Below, piece after piece: positions 27,901 through 35,950 of a stretch of 64,000 bases of DNA. The position numbers and the translations under genes were made by a program. Each line of letters starts with the position of its first letter. The stretch's first letter is position 1. A model generated the notes under the pieces. That model ran no database searches. It had not been told where the DNA came from and saw only the letters and a list, made by a program, of their open reading frames with translations. Source of the DNA: Candidatus Dojkabacteria bacterium (GTDB lineage Bacteria; Patescibacteriota; Dojkabacteria; B142; OLB20); assembly GCA_035444565.1 (NCBI GenBank), contig DAOMOX010000003.1, positions 159,488-223,487 on the forward strand. The letters are read 5' to 3'.

Positions 27901-30427
27901 TTTGTTTATATCCTAAACTTGCTAGTGTTAATTTTTCCGCTTGACCTTCCTCTCCTTCTATTCCAGAGAAGTGGTTTTGCATCTGGGTAACTAATTCCTC
28001 AACTTTTTCTGACCTCTTAAATTCATTTTCAGACAATAATTTTTGTTCATTTTTAACCCTATATTCAAGTAAGGCATTTTTCTTAATATTAAAAACACTT
28101 TTTTCACTACTTTTTTCCCACTCTTCTTTACTAATTCCAGTATGTTCAGTAATTATCTCATCTAACCTTTTGTCAGTAATTCTAGCCTGATTCTTATCTT
28201 CTTCGGTTTTCGCTTCCTCAATTTTTCTAAACTCTGCTGATAAAGCATGTGCGAGAGATTTGATAGATTCAAAACGCTTATCAATTTCAGCTTGTCTTTC
28301 GGCATCATGCTTAGAATCTTCCCTTAAAGGTTGGATATGCCTATAGAAAGCGTCAGCAATTTTATATGCAGTAAACTGGTTGTTTTGTTGAATTCTAATT
28401 TTGTTGTATTCTTCTTTTTGTTTATGCTGAACCTCGTGGTTGATTGTCTCTTGTGTGCCAGTATGGTGAAATGTCATTATATAGTTCAAGTCTTTTGATG
28501 CAGCTCCATCTACATACCTTGCAGTACGTGTATGGGCTTCAGTTTTTTCTGTTGACTCTGCCCTATCGTTAAATCTCACTGTAAGTCTTTTCGGGGTTTC
28601 TTCTTCGATTCTCACTTCTTCCCCTAAACTCTCATCGGTTACAACCTTGGATGTTTCCTTTGGAATTACTTCCTCTACAATGGTAAGTTCATAGGTTTTT
28701 AATTGTAACGAGTATAAAAGTAATTCTTCAGAGGCAAATTTCAAACAATAATAGCCTTGTTCAGTACTGAGTTCGACCCTTGTTCGGTCCACTTGCCTGT
28801 CAGAATCACCTTCTTTCCCAAGCAGTAATAAATTATTTATATTTCTAGTAAAGGTGGTGAGTGCTTCTCCTTCCAATGAAGTCCCTGATGTTATGTCAGC
28901 AATAATATCTTTAATTATCGCGTCTTCTTTTTCTCTTGTTAGTATCTCCTGTTCTTCATCAGAAAGTTTTTCGGATACCTCTAAATACTGATCATACATC
29001 CTGGCTTGCTCTTCAATTGTAAGTGATGGTCGCTTTTCTTTAAAGTCCTCTTCTTGACCAGAATCTTCTTTTTTGGGCTCGATTTTTACATAATCTATTC
29101 CCAATTCTGTTTGATTGGTTGCTTTTCTTTGTTGATTAATTTTCTCTATGCCCTTTTTAAAGCCTTCATACTCAGTGATTATAAATCTAGAGGTGTTTTC
29201 ATTCCTTCTCCTAAAGTAATCTTTATATGCTTCCATTTGGTAACGGGCTTCCTGAAGATTTCTTTCAGTAGCACGATCGGCTTTCTCTGGAACAGTCAAT
29301 CTGTATTGCTTAAATAAATCCTCGATTTCTTCTTCGGTTACGATGTCGGTCGGATTAAGAGAAAATGTAAGACCCTCAATAGTTTCGTCTAATAGCTCTT
29401 GTCTAGCTTTTACTGCGGTCATATTGTATGAAAATATTATTTCCTCCAATATGTCTAATTTTTCTTTTGAATCTCTTTGAATATCTTCGTCACTTGGGGG
29501 TTCTTCAATTTCTGGTGCTTCCAGGAGTTCAGCTGATGTTTCTACGGTGATTTTTTCTGAAGCTACAGTCGATTCTCTTATTTCTTTGATATCTTCTTCA
29601 TGAATGTCATCTAAAGTTATCACATTTTTTTCTAGTGCTCTTCTAATATATGAGAATTCTTTTCTTTTGAAAAATTCTTCCATTTGTTTTGGGTCCTCAG
29701 TTCCAGTTAGTTTCCCAAATCTTTCTTTTAACTGATTCAAAGCGGCTGCACTTTTATCCGTATCTTCTGCTATCTCCTCCGTCTCTATCTCTTCAAGCTT
29801 TAATTCTGTTACATTTTCCTCTAATTCCTCATCAAAGCTTTTGGATTCCCCTTCTTTTAATTTCCTTTCTGCAGATCTGGCGAGTGCCCTACCAGCTAAT
29901 TGAACAGATTTAAATTCAACCTCATCTTGTTTTGACTGTGTAGTTTCCTGTGGTGCTGACTCTAATTTGGTTTTTGCTTTTCTAATTGCATCCATTTCTG
30001 TGGATGTCAGGGGTTCGTTTCTATTTAGCTTCTCTTGTGCTGATTTTGCCATTTGTTGCAAACCGCGCAGACCGAGAACGTATGATTGAAGACTTACGGG
30101 TAATTTGTTTCTGTCAGTTCCCTGGATAGTAGATGCGTTCTTTAAAACTAATTTCCCATTGTCATCAATTCGAATATTTGCACCAACTTGGAATTTCTTA
30201 CCTTTGCCATCAACTTTTGCTTTTGTGAGTTTTTCTATACTTTTCGCGACTTTCTCAGACTCCTTCGCAACTTTTTCTAACTCTTTTTTGGTTTTTTCTT
30301 TTGGTTCTTCTTCGATTTCTGGGATTTCTTTAGGTTTTGCATCATCAGGCTGAACGTCAGCATTTGGGTTGCCATACACTATGTCTTTCAATTCTTGAAT
30401 TCTATCCATGTGGGTTATCTTAATCAC
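24959..30427 (-). CDS. Giant E/K-rich helical protein with HExxH motif and C-terminal hydrophobic hairpin
   Basis: 1822-aa ORF; TINHEVQH; C-terminal WTVTAGVLASIFGG...AIGLLLADYFFI. Confidence 0.8.
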   Translation of the reverse strand: MIKITHMDRIQELKDIVYGNPNADVQPDDAKPKEIPEIEEEPKEKTKKELEKVAKESEKVAKSIEKLTKAKVDGKGKKFQVGANIRIDDNGKLVLKNASTIQGTDRNKLPVSLQSYVLGLRGLQQMAKSAQEKLNRNEPLTSTEMDAIRKAKTKLESAPQETTQSKQDEVEFKSVQLAGRALARSAERKLKEGESKSFDEELEENVTELKLEEIETEEIAEDTDKSAAALNQLKERFGKLTGTEDPKQMEEFFKRKEFSYIRRALEKNVITLDDIHEEDIKEIRESTVASEKITVETSAELLEAPEIEEPPSDEDIQRDSKEKLDILEEIIFSYNMTAVKARQELLDETIEGLTFSLNPTDIVTEEEIEDLFKQYRLTVPEKADRATERNLQEARYQMEAYKDYFRRRNENTSRFIITEYEGFKKGIEKINQQRKATNQTELGIDYVKIEPKKEDSGQEEDFKEKRPSLTIEEQARMYDQYLEVSEKLSDEEQEILTREKEDAIIKDIIADITSGTSLEGEALTTFTRNINNLLLLGKEGDSDRQVDRTRVELSTEQGYYCLKFASEELLLYSLQLKTYELTIVEEVIPKETSKVVTDESLGEEVRIEEETPKRLTVRFNDRAESTEKTEAHTRTARYVDGAASKDLNYIMTFHHTGTQETINHEVQHKQKEEYNKIRIQQNNQFTAYKIADAFYRHIQPLREDSKHDAERQAEIDKRFESIKSLAHALSAEFRKIEEAKTEEDKNQARITDKRLDEIITEHTGISKEEWEKSSEKSVFNIKKNALLEYRVKNEQKLLSENEFKRSEKVEELVTQMQNHFSGIEGEEGQAEKLTLASLGYKQNEFTIENKSQEGGNKKNNRGDLDENAIESLATIRLLNNLVENPANKDKITKSTIVQWSNRLTRYDQLSSQSTLEFIYDLIYQDGHLGLKLPEYTPKVDKEEVKEEVKEEDKEEDKKEDKEHTAREYCDTTEKIYTNKIRSYAVRRLRVQAEREGWTDEQYQDRLKEIDDKINRVYSIYRSLLQNEDGLKPTTEEIGTERQVSTDKYDLSEAVDLRTHVGLLAKEDYVRYSFQKVETPVVGTIPIIGGIISKFFSESGLKPRDLAELGLTKDVRQINRNRLLPFGLEYTEIGKRLQSSRLFYKESDKARRERLGIDNLYGLEMKSLYEVIWRETLEAMTSHAQIQQNHAYLLAADRIGLLYFDGEGGQPGVYSKLEDIDKYYDANLFAEIDNSKGKMRTSLKARGYGDAEIDNILKGAFNPNQTLNGKSLPKDMQLRLGTVTDYWAGLTKQFRIKSVYTTELEMGTDEDFIQQGRTFDKISSAIMDAQLKAHEDDKTFTIRDVIDAVDAVEAIKPGGSLEDWKKQRRFVKINGKNLPLQDVKDYIQAYLLARTYEATATGVCGEREIVTIGGKAFEIIPGYYDTDELTKRKILEEIKQRTDPAQLQMRFDNLKTEIEAAQLEVDNAQAKLATITATTPATEEIAIREYYSRMIINRDNLREKISQLQAHSDPVTLMRHLTPQQSISLLELSPEDLPVTLRNETFRPDGSGKYLKDPHTKQYLVNDVTDIRTFKDIDTAIILRSSAGVGARKIKSFEGINKSTQVQNYGEIKQHTPGNKNDRSLPDSSGLMTNAIQDVVVERTKVLELYFYHQTMIKAAAQYKSEASKQKEKWVGFARFDQIARWTVTAGVLASIFGGYVNPEIAQIMSKAFLNPTAIGLLLADYFFISNKVTQIADLWSKRKVNAIKSEAELYNQESAFEQALSNPRFNSTRGRLRLAAAVKGAEDVLKQSALALDNVDVPDNRLQNVSSVIGDTAKSVTS
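27545..27610 (-). repeat. Degenerate 12-bp coding tandem repeat (KEEV/KEED)
   Basis: tctttaacctcc/tctttatcttcc units encoding DKEEVKEEVKEEDKEEDKKEDKE. Confidence 0.75.
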
Positions 30428-30608
30428 CTAATTCTACCACAGAAGTGGTTTTTGGTGTTCTAAAACTAAAAATACACATTTATATCTTAAACTTTATTTA
30501 TATGTATAACAACATTTACGAATTTCGAATTTAACTAATGAACATTCTTGTTTTTTCTTATCAATTTTGCCACACTATAGATGTTACTTTAATTAGTGGT
30601 GAATTTTT

Positions 30609-32276
30609 ATGAATAATCCTGCGAATATTTATAATTCCAGTAATCAACCTAGTGCTGCGAACAATTCACAGGCTATGAATTCTAATTTGCAACAATTAAG
30701 TTCGACACAGGCTGACTACATTAATCAGTTCGTAGGAACCACACCACAATCTAGTTACCCACAAGCTCCAAATATGACGACACAGCCACAGCAACAAATG
30801 AACCCTGTAGCTCAACAACCACAAGTAAATCTTTCAATGAATCAACCTGTAGCTCAAGTCCAACAACAAGTGGCACCAGTACAAAGTTATGGAGGTCAAA
30901 ATTCACCTAATTTATATACAGATCAACTTCAAAATAATCCAAACCCAATTTCGAGTGAACCCATCAGTTCACCGCAACTATCTAATGATTATTTAAATCA
31001 GGAACCTGTTGATAATAGTTTGCTGAATACACCACAGATTCCTCCATACGAAGAATTCTCTGTACCAACCTTAAATGATTCATTACAAAATCAGCCATCT
31101 TCACCTATTGAACCTCAGATAAACTCAACTGAACAATCATTCAACTCTACAAATGTGCCAACTTCACAATTGAACCAATCGTATGGAAACCCTGCAACTC
31201 AGACAAATGTTATGCAACAGCAATACAATCCTGCGATTCCGCAAGATTATACAGCTCCAGCTCAACAAGTAAGTCCATCTACACTTAACACTTTGCCTCA
31301 GAATCCACAAAGTCCCGTCAATGTGGAGCCACAACTTATGGGCGCACAGCAAGTCAATGTAAATCAAGATTATGCAGAAAGATATTCAAACAGCCAATGG
31401 TTACCTACTCCACTTAGTCCTGCGAACCAGATGCAAGCTATGCCTCAAATGAACCAACAACAATACAATCCTGTTTACCAAAACCCTACTACAAACTTAA
31501 CAGTCGATAACGATTTCTCAGATGGAGCGAGTCTCGGAGATGATTCATCACTTTCAACAGGTTTCCTTCCTGCATTTGATGATAATTCAGATGATTCTAT
31601 GCTTCCTGCAACTAACGATGACGATGATGATGTCTTTGGTAATCTTGACGAACCTGATGATGTAATACCTTTTGGTTTTAGTGATTATGATCCTAATGAA
31701 CAAGTAACTGGAAGTCTTGATTCTTTAAGTGGTTTCGAATCGCAAAGTCTAGAGGAGGAAGCAAATCGTATTGATGTCGATTTCTCAGAATCAATGCCAA
31801 CTAATTCACAGAATGTTGGAGTTCTAACACAAGAACCCCAGAGAGCATCCGTGGCACAAATGCCACAAACTATGGTGCCAAATCAAACTGTGTCTGCAGT
31901 TAGTTATGCTGCTCCAGCTCCAACTTCTCAAAATCAAATGGAACCACAGGTTCAACAAGTAGCGATGCCAGTTGATTCTGAATTGTCTCCTACTGCGAGA
32001 TTAAACCAACTACTTGAAGAAGAGGAAAAAGCTGAAAAAGTGATTATGCAAAAACAGAAACAATCTGTAATGAAAGTTGCAAAATCACCTAAAATGGTTG
32101 AGCCAAAATCAAACATCTTCAAACAAACCAATGATGATGTTGCATTCCAAGGTGATATCCGAAATGAACTATCTGCCAAGAAACCCGCAAGTAGATACTT
32201 TATGATTATCAGTTTGATTATAATCATTAGCGTAATTGGCTTCTTGTTAGTACTCTTGGGTTTAACCCTGTTATAA
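30609..32276 (+). CDS. Q/P/N/S-rich disordered protein with C-terminal membrane anchor
   Basis: 555-aa low-complexity ORF with an acidic middle tract and a single TM at the extreme C-terminus. Confidence 0.8.
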   Translation: MNNPANIYNSSNQPSAANNSQAMNSNLQQLSSTQADYINQFVGTTPQSSYPQAPNMTTQPQQQMNPVAQQPQVNLSMNQPVAQVQQQVAPVQSYGGQNSPNLYTDQLQNNPNPISSEPISSPQLSNDYLNQEPVDNSLLNTPQIPPYEEFSVPTLNDSLQNQPSSPIEPQINSTEQSFNSTNVPTSQLNQSYGNPATQTNVMQQQYNPAIPQDYTAPAQQVSPSTLNTLPQNPQSPVNVEPQLMGAQQVNVNQDYAERYSNSQWLPTPLSPANQMQAMPQMNQQQYNPVYQNPTTNLTVDNDFSDGASLGDDSSLSTGFLPAFDDNSDDSMLPATNDDDDDVFGNLDEPDDVIPFGFSDYDPNEQVTGSLDSLSGFESQSLEEEANRIDVDFSESMPTNSQNVGVLTQEPQRASVAQMPQTMVPNQTVSAVSYAAPAPTSQNQMEPQVQQVAMPVDSELSPTARLNQLLEEEEKAEKVIMQKQKQSVMKVAKSPKMVEPKSNIFKQTNDDVAFQGDIRNELSAKKPASRYFMIISLIIIISVIGFLLVLLGLTLL

Positions 32277-32325
32277 TCTCAATAGGTAAATAACTTTTTA
32301 AGGCTTTATTGGCCTATATTTCGTA

Positions 32326-33282
32326 ATGTTAATAGATAAAGTAAGAGTAAATTTTGTATCTGGAGCTGGAGGAAGTGGTTCTGTTAATTTCCATAAGAGT
32401 GGGAAACCTGATGGCGGTGATGGTGGACATGGAGGAGATGTTTTTCTCGAAGGTGATTCAAATATTCACGATTTACGAGCGTTTAATGCCAAGAAGCAAT
32501 TCGAAGCAGGTGATGCGAATAGAGGTGCATTGAATAGGAGAACTGGAGCAAATGGAGAGGACTTGATAGTGAAAGTACCACTAGTTACTAGAATCTTCGA
32601 TTTGGAGGGAAATTATGTCACATCCATAGAAAATCATGGACAGAGAGAATTATTGCTAAAAGGTGGAGCTGGAGGAAAAGGAAATTACTATTTCCGTAAA
32701 GGACAGGTTCAAACACTCAAGAAATTTACACCCGGAAAACCAGGAAAAAAACTACAAGCTTTTCTAGAACTAGAACTAAAAGCAGAGGTAATTTTTATAG
32801 GATTACCTAATGCAGGAAAATCCAGTATGTTAAATGTTCTTACAAACTCAAAATCAAAAGTTGCCGCATATCCATTCACAACTTTAGAACCTTATCTCGG
32901 TGTTATGGACAATATCAAGCTGATGGACTTACCAGGATTAATAGAAGGAACTTCGAAAGGCAAAGGACTTGGGAGTAATTTTGCAAAACACGCAAAGAAC
33001 TCATTAGTTGTTGCTCATTTTCTGAGTTTGGACTCAGAAGATTTAAAGAAAGACTATGATTTAATTATAAAAGAATTGGAAGAAATTAATCCGGAATTGG
33101 TAGATAAACCCGAAATCTTAGTTTTAACCAAATCTGATAATTACAATAAAGAAGAAATTTCCGAGAAAATCAAAATAGTTAAAAAATTCCACAAGAATTA
33201 TGTAGTTGTATCGGTAATTGATGATGAATCAATTGCTAAATTACGTGATTTGTTTTTAACCGCATATGAAAATCTACACTAA
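32326..33282 (+). CDS. obgE: GTPase ObgE/CgtA (no C-terminal extension)
   Basis: Gly-rich Obg fold (PDGGDGGHGGDV); G1 GLPNAGKS, G2 YPFTTLEP, G3 DLPG, G4 TKSD. Confidence 0.95.
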   Translation: MLIDKVRVNFVSGAGGSGSVNFHKSGKPDGGDGGHGGDVFLEGDSNIHDLRAFNAKKQFEAGDANRGALNRRTGANGEDLIVKVPLVTRIFDLEGNYVTSIENHGQRELLLKGGAGGKGNYYFRKGQVQTLKKFTPGKPGKKLQAFLELELKAEVIFIGLPNAGKSSMLNVLTNSKSKVAAYPFTTLEPYLGVMDNIKLMDLPGLIEGTSKGKGLGSNFAKHAKNSLVVAHFLSLDSEDLKKDYDLIIKELEEINPELVDKPEILVLTKSDNYNKEEISEKIKIVKKFHKNYVVVSVIDDESIAKLRDLFLTAYENLH

Positions 33283-33823
33283 AACTGGTGATAAAGGCGA
33301 GACATCTCTTTATGGTGGAACCCGTGTTGCCAAAGATTCAGCTATAATCGATGCTATTGGAAATGTAGATGAATTAAATGCTTCAATCGGTCTTGCTATA
33401 TCGAAAATTCCATCTTTAAAAAAATACGCTGAAATTCAAAAAATTCTATTAGAAATTCAGTATCACCTATTTAAAGTTGGAGGTGATTTGGCTTCTCCTT
33501 TTGATATTAACCAAAAATTAAAACAAGTAAGAATAAGTGAAGTTGAGGTGGAATACCTCGAAGAAAATATTGATAATATTGAAAAAAAGCTTGAAACACT
33601 TCGAAACTTTATACTCCCTGGTGGAAGTGAGATTGGCGCGATTTTACACCTCTCAAGGTCGATTTGTCGTCGTGCTGAAAGAAGTGTAGTATATGCTAAC
33701 GAGGAAAATAAATTGAATCCGATACTTATTATTTATTTAAATAGACTATCTGATTTACTATTTGTACTCGCGAGATTTACAAACAAAAAACAAAATATTC
33801 CAGAAAAATCCTGGATAATATAA
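33266..33823 (+). CDS. pduO: Cob(I)alamin adenosyltransferase, PduO type
   Basis: KIYTKTGDKGET, GNVDELNA, FILPGG, RSICRRAER, YLNRLSDLLFVLAR. Confidence 0.95.
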   Translation: MKIYTKTGDKGETSLYGGTRVAKDSAIIDAIGNVDELNASIGLAISKIPSLKKYAEIQKILLEIQYHLFKVGGDLASPFDINQKLKQVRISEVEVEYLEENIDNIEKKLETLRNFILPGGSEIGAILHLSRSICRRAERSVVYANEENKLNPILIIYLNRLSDLLFVLARFTNKKQNIPEKSWII

Positions 33824-33826
33824 ACA

Positions 33827-35950
33827 ATGAAAACTGCTCAAATTAATAAATTCTTTAATCCAAAGTCAATTGCCGTTATTGGCGCATCCCGTTCGAAAAA
33901 GAAAGTTGGAGGAATAATTCTCAATAATATTCTAAAAGAGAAATTTCCTGCAAAAATCTATCCAATAAACCCAAATGCTAACAGAGTTATGGGTTTAGAT
34001 GTATACAATACGATTCTAGATGTTCCCGAAATTGTTGATGTGGCAATTATTGCAGTCCCCGCAATGTTTGTGTATGAAATAATTGAAGAATGTGGAGTTA
34101 AAGGAGTCAAAAATATCATTATAATCTCTGCTGGTTTTTCAGAAACTGGTGAGGAGGGTTTGAAGCTTGAACTTAAGTTAAGACTCCTCGCGCATAAATA
34201 TCAGATGAACATTCTTGGCCCAAATTGCCTAGGAATAATAAATGCTCGTAAAAACCTCAACCTATCATTTGCTAACACACCTAAAAGTTATAGTAATGGG
34301 AAAATTTCGTTTCTCTCACAATCTGGAGCAATAGGAACTGCATTTATGGATTGGGCACAATCCAATAATATCGAGTTAAGTAAATTTGTTTCACTTGGAA
34401 ATAAATCCGATCTTAGTGAAATAGATTTCCTAAAATATCTCGAACAGGACAATGATACAGACATAATTCTTCTTTATCTCGAGAGTTTTGCAGATGGACG
34501 GAAATTTTATGAACTCGCCAAGTCAATTAGTCACAAAAAACCGATAGTTGTTCTAAAGCCAGGTAAAACTGAGGCAACTCAAAAAGCAATGGAAGCGCAT
34601 ACGGGATCAATTGCAACAAGTGACAAAATCATTGAACAGGCACTTGAAGCAAGCGGTTGTATCAGAGTGAGTTCGATTGAAGAATTATTCAACATAACTA
34701 AACTTCTCGCTTGGCAACCCATTCTGAAGGGAAATAACGTAACTATTATAACGAATGCAGGTGGTGTTGCGATTGAGACAATTGACCAACTTCAAGCCAA
34801 TGGGCTTGAAGTGTCACCATTACCAAAAAGCCTACAAGAAAGTCTATCGAAAATATTGAAAGAATCCGCAAGTACTCACAATCCTATTGATCTTCTCGGT
34901 GATGCACTTGCAAGTGATTACAAAAATGCAATTGAACAAGTTGTGAAAAGTAATTCTACTGATGCCATTTTGATTTTATTGACACCACAATTGATGACAG
35001 AGTCTCTAAAAACGGCAAAATTTGTGAATGAAATCGCTGATAAACACCATAAGGTTGTTTTAGCATCATTTCTTGGTGGTGAAAAAGTAAATGTTGCTCA
35101 AGCATTTCTAACAAAGGAAAAACTTCCTCATTTTGACTTTGCGAACGACGCAGCAAGTGTTTTAGGAAAAGTGTGGGGATGGAGAAAAAATATTCAATCA
35201 GAGTCAAATTCTCGTTTGTACTACCCTACAATCATTAACACTTCTCTTAAAGTTGAAAATAAAGGAGAAATGTTACCTGACGATGAGGCGAAGAAATTAT
35301 TAAATAAATATGATATTAAATATTTAAAAAGCGATATTTATAATGGACTTAAAGATCTCAGACGTAATGAATCGAAGATTAAATTCCCACTCGTATTGAA
35401 ATTATCACATCCCCAGCTTATCCATAAAACCGATATAAAAGCTGTTCGACTGCCCATATACCACAAGAGCGAATTGTCAAAGTCAGCTCTAGAGCTAGAT
35501 GATATCGCACGGAAAAATTCATTTGATGGCTATAAGTTAGAAGTCCAACCTTTTATTTTTCAAAAGCTGGAATTAATATTAGGAATTAATAGAGATAAGA
35601 ATCAAGTCATAAATTTCGAAGGAAAAGAATTTCTCATTTCAAAAGGATTTGGTCACACAATGATTGTAGGAGCCGGGGGAATTTATACAGAAGTATTGGA
35701 TGATTCATCACTTAGATTATTACCTGTAAACAGAAAGAATGCGATGGAGATGTTGAAAGAGATAAAATACGGTCAGATATTGTTTGGAGCCAGACGTCAG
35801 CATTACGCTTATCAAGCACTTCTCAAGATGATGGTGAATCTTTCCAAGATGATTGAAAAAAATTACAACATCAGGTCACTGGATATAAATCCTGTCTTTG
35901 TGACTCAGAATGATGCTTATGCAGTCGATATAAAAATATTTGTCGACTAA
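33827..35950 (+). CDS. ADP-forming acetate/acyl-CoA ligase, fused alpha-beta
   Basis: PKSIAVIGAS, ILGPNCLG, SQSGA, SLGNKSD, phospho-His in AHTGS, NPIDLLGDA, HKTD, LDINP. Confidence 0.92.
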   Translation: MKTAQINKFFNPKSIAVIGASRSKKKVGGIILNNILKEKFPAKIYPINPNANRVMGLDVYNTILDVPEIVDVAIIAVPAMFVYEIIEECGVKGVKNIIIISAGFSETGEEGLKLELKLRLLAHKYQMNILGPNCLGIINARKNLNLSFANTPKSYSNGKISFLSQSGAIGTAFMDWAQSNNIELSKFVSLGNKSDLSEIDFLKYLEQDNDTDIILLYLESFADGRKFYELAKSISHKKPIVVLKPGKTEATQKAMEAHTGSIATSDKIIEQALEASGCIRVSSIEELFNITKLLAWQPILKGNNVTIITNAGGVAIETIDQLQANGLEVSPLPKSLQESLSKILKESASTHNPIDLLGDALASDYKNAIEQVVKSNSTDAILILLTPQLMTESLKTAKFVNEIADKHHKVVLASFLGGEKVNVAQAFLTKEKLPHFDFANDAASVLGKVWGWRKNIQSESNSRLYYPTIINTSLKVENKGEMLPDDEAKKLLNKYDIKYLKSDIYNGLKDLRRNESKIKFPLVLKLSHPQLIHKTDIKAVRLPIYHKSELSKSALELDDIARKNSFDGYKLEVQPFIFQKLELILGINRDKNQVINFEGKEFLISKGFGHTMIVGAGGIYTEVLDDSSLRLLPVNRKNAMEMLKEIKYGQILFGARRQHYAYQALLKMMVNLSKMIEKNYNIRSLDINPVFVTQNDAYAVDIKIFVD

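Noticed and set aside
17340-30427. Prophage (tape-measure-like protein) or conjugative element
   Set aside because: No terminase, capsid, integrase, relaxase or VirB4 is recognisable, and no att-like boundaries were seen.
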